DNA of 64,000 bases from Vicugna vicugna (lineage: Eukaryota), in contig MU058824.1 in assembly GCA_013265495.1 (NCBI GenBank), positions 2,941,111-3,005,110 of the forward strand, read 5' to 3'. A program made the position numbers and the translations under genes. Every line of letters starts with the position of its first letter. The stretch's first letter is position 1. Positions 60,881 to 64,000 of this stretch are shown piece after piece. Below the pieces are notes generated by a model. That model searched no databases and had not been told where the DNA came from. It worked only from the letters and a program-made list of their open reading frames with translations.

Positions 60881-62809
60881 GTAAGTTTTCAGGGAGCAAA
60901 GCCCAATCCCAGCAACCAGTTCACGGAGTCACTGTCAAGACTAGAAAGTCAGGCCACCGACGAGTCTGGCCAGTCGGAATGAGAACTTGCGTTACCTGAT
61001 TCCTAGCCCTGTGCTTTCTCTCTCCACACTGTATGGCCTCCCTTACTTTGGATGACTAGTAGGAAGGACTGTGAAATTGTCTACATCTTACATCCTCCTT
61101 TCAAAGCTCATCATGCAGCAAATTTTTGAAAAGCTAAATGTATACTAAATCCTGCCCCCTAATTGTAAATTAGATTTATTTTTAAGCTACAATGATGTTT
61201 TTGCCCCACGTCTGCTTGGTTGCACACCTTGACACTCTTGATTTGGGTTTTCTCCAGAGACTTTCCAGCTTCAATCAGCAGCCTAGTCCCATCCCTGCTG
61301 CACCTTTCCCTCCCTGCTTCTCCCCAGCACTGCTGGTCCATTTTTACTGCCCCTTCCCTAGATCGTGATGATCATCTCCCTCTTCTGCTGGAGTCTCAGG
61401 TCCCTGCTCTGCTCTTACACCTTCAGTGGCTCCCCATCACCTCCAGGATAAAGTCCCATCTCCCAAGACTGCCCCTCGCCCTGTGAATTGCCCCCAGACT
61501 GCTTTTTCAGTTTCTCGCCCTTCCATATACCAGCCCTAGAGTGAGATTCTCCAGAGACTTAAAAGTGCAGGCCCTGAATCTTGTGCTGATACCATCAGAT
61601 GTATCACCCTCTTAACAAGCGAATGCGGGATAAATGGGGTTATCACTGAAAATGAGAAAATTGGGGCCCCAAGAGGTGCAGGGCCTTGGCTAGGATCTCA
61701 AGGGTCAGAGTGCAGAGGGAGGTAGGATTTGAACCCCAGCCCCATGACTCAACTCCCACCCTCTCCCCTTACTTCCCGCCTGTACATACTTCTCCCCAAT
61801 CCTTAGCAAACAGCCGGCACAGAGTAGGCACTCAGTAAGGCCGAGAGATTAGCTGCCACCCAGCCGGTTCCCCGTGAGACTGCATCCCGTGCATTATGTA
61901 CTATATTAGTCTCCACCCCTGGGATTCTGGTCTCGGCCCGGCCGGCAGTGCATCCCTCACAGGAAATGCTCGCTCGGTGAGCAGGATGCAGGGTTTTCCG
62001 AATGATGTCATGTGCTCATGTGCCCCTTTTTAAGCGTATGCTGCAGCCTCCTTTGTGACGGCCCTGTGCCTGCTGTACCGAGCGTGGGGGGTAGCGCTCC
62101 CAGCGGGTGTTGTGTTAATCACTTCCCACAGCCACGCAGATTGGGTGGCAGGTTTTGCTTATTTCTGATCAAACTGTGTACTTTTAAATCAACAAACAAA
62201 ATATGATCCAGAGATGCCTGGGAACTGGGAGCTGTTCAGTGTGCATCCTGAGCCAGGTCTGCCTGGGGTCAGCGGCCCAGCATACCCTCTTCCCAACCCT
62301 GGGCAGGACTTCGAGGGCCCCCGGAGGGCAGTTCTGCTGCCTTTTCTTTCCTACTCCCACCCAACAAGGCCCTTGGCCAAGTCCAGAGTCATGACTGGCT
62401 TTTCCTCCCCCGTCGTCTCATCTCCCCAGGATTATTCTGGCCTGCTGGAGGCCCTGACTCATCACTGAAGAGGTGTGCTTAGGTAAGACCTGACCCAGGC
62501 AGAGAGCTTCTCCTAATTCCCAATCTGGGTGGATGCTTCCTCCAAGTTCCAGCTTCTCTCCCCCCAGCACAGGGGAGAGGGACATGGGGACACTGAGGTG
62601 TATGCCCCAGTCTTAGAGGATTGCTGAGGATGGGCAGTTACATATCTGCCCGGGCACCCAGATCACCTGTTTTCCCTCCTACAACAGTGGAAGGGCTGCT
62701 CAGGTACTCAGGGGTGCCTGCTTCCTCCATCCTGCATCGTTATTACCATTATATTCTGGTCATGAACTTCTTAAAGCAAATAAATAAGTTAAATAATATT
62801 GACTCAACA

Positions 62810-62930
62810 TCCCCCTCTGACTTCAGCCCCTGTTGGGAACATAAGCTCCGTGAGGACAGGAGCTTGTCTGGGACACCACTGCATCTTCAGTGCCTAGAAT
62901 GGTGCCTGGCACATAACAGGTGCTCAGGGA
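62810..62930 (+). mobile_element. L2 3' end fragment
   Basis: ataagctccgtgaggacagga...cagtgcctagaatggtgcctggcacataacaggtgctca. Confidence 0.75.
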
Positions 62931-62999
62931 GTAGCTCGCTGTCCATGCAATGGTCTGTGTTCCCAGAGAGCTGTCAGTACTTTCTCTCTCCCTTCCGTT

Positions 63000-64000
63000 G
63001 TCTCCCACTCTCATCCACAGTCTGCTTCCCTTTTCTACCCGGGTCACCAGGTGACTTCTGTCCTCCATGGCCGTCAGCACAGTAAATAGCCCCCTCCTTC
63101 GGAGATACTCTTTGCTCCTGGTTTTTCTGCTGCCTCCCCAGCGCTCCTTGCGTCTCCCCCGCTGGCTCCTTGCCTCAGCTTGAGCTGAAGGTTCGATTGT
63201 CTGGGGCTCAGTTTCCAACTACGTGCTCTCCCTGGTTGGTCTCCTTGGGATCTTGGCAGTGATTCACAAGTGCGCATCCCCAACCCACACCTCTCCCAGA
63301 ACTCCCGACTCCTACATGCAGCTGCCTTCTTGGCATCTCCACTTGGCTGACGAGTGGGCATCTTGAATTTAACATGTTCAGAACTGGACTCCTGAACTTC
63401 TCCTGCATACCTGCTCCTCCCCAACTTGCCCACCTCCACAAACGGCATCACCTCTACCCAGTTGCTCAAGACACAACCCTGGAGTCACCTTGATTCCTTT
63501 GTTTGCGTGACACCAGCATCTAGTGCATTACTAAGTTCTGCCAGTTTTCCAACCAAAACAGCCCGAATTCATCCATTCTTCTCATCTCAGGTCCTCCTGT
63601 CCGGACCACAGCAGAAGCCTCCTCACTTGTCTCCTTCTTCACTTCCCCTATGGCTGCTCTTCAGGGCAGCCTGACGAACCCTTTTGTAAGATCATCCAGA
63701 GCAAGTATCTGTTAAGCATCTCTGTTTAAAACTCTCGTTGCCCTCCCTATAACTTAGAATGAAATCAGACTTCTTCCCTTGGTCCACAAGGCCTCAGGGA
63801 GCTGGGCCCTGCCTCCTGCTCCATCCTCATCCCCTGCCACTTCCCCCGCTCACAGTGCTGGACCATTCTTGCTGCCTTTCTGCTCCATGAACATCCCAGG
63901 CTCATTCCTACTTCAGGATCTTTGCACTTGATGGCTCTGCAGAGAACATATTTTCTTTGGCTTATTACATGATTGGCTCCTTCTCAAATGCAGATTCTCA
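63000..64000 (+). mobile_element. L2 LINE fragment (degenerate ORF2 C-terminal region), runs off the window end
   Basis: About 63323-63400 translates CLLGISTWLTSGHLEFNMFRTGLLNF, resembling the L2 consensus CLLDISTWMSNRHLKLNMSKTELLIF. Followed by ccagttgctcaag...cctggagtcaccttgattcct and later L2 3' motifs. Confidence 0.85.

Noticed and set aside
60643..60999. 118-aa ORF overlapping the SHB exon
   Set aside because: It is in a different frame from the spliced SHB peptide, has no recognisable homology and runs through both splice sites.
63074..63674. ORFs near the window end as host genes
   Set aside because: They lie within a degenerate L2 element, antisense or out of frame with its ORF2 relic.
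1..64000. Prokaryote-style system (operon, CRISPR array, defence island) or nested retrogene
   Set aside because: The window is spliceosomal-intron DNA full of mammalian repeats. I found no long coding cassette, repeat-spacer array or processed pseudogene.

Overview
Mammalian, almost entirely intronic DNA from inside the SHB gene (SH2 domain-containing adaptor protein B) on the + strand. Three internal coding exons are present: 11138-11258, 45584-45799 and 60709-60880, most likely exons 2-4. All have canonical AG/GT borders and compatible phases, and they splice into one open frame rich in YxxP phosphotyrosine motifs that stops just before the SH2 domain. The first exon and the SH2-encoding exons lie outside the window. 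The rest is intron carrying old eutherian repeats (many MIR and L2 fragments, L1M fragments, MER5-type hAT elements, an MLT2-type ERVL solo LTR) plus younger insertions: two tRNA-Ala-derived SINEs resembling camelid Vic-1 and an L1 3' end. These suggest a camelid genome (inference). Nearly all entries in the ORF track are chance ORFs. I see no evidence of a new multi-gene system. The most interesting unexplained signals are non-coding: homeobox-motif-dense AT-rich islands, two of which share an ordered motif series; CpG-retaining patches; a MITE-like inverted-repeat element; a G-rich tandem repeat; and a candidate poison exon. Repeat family names and boundaries are from visual recognition and are approximate.
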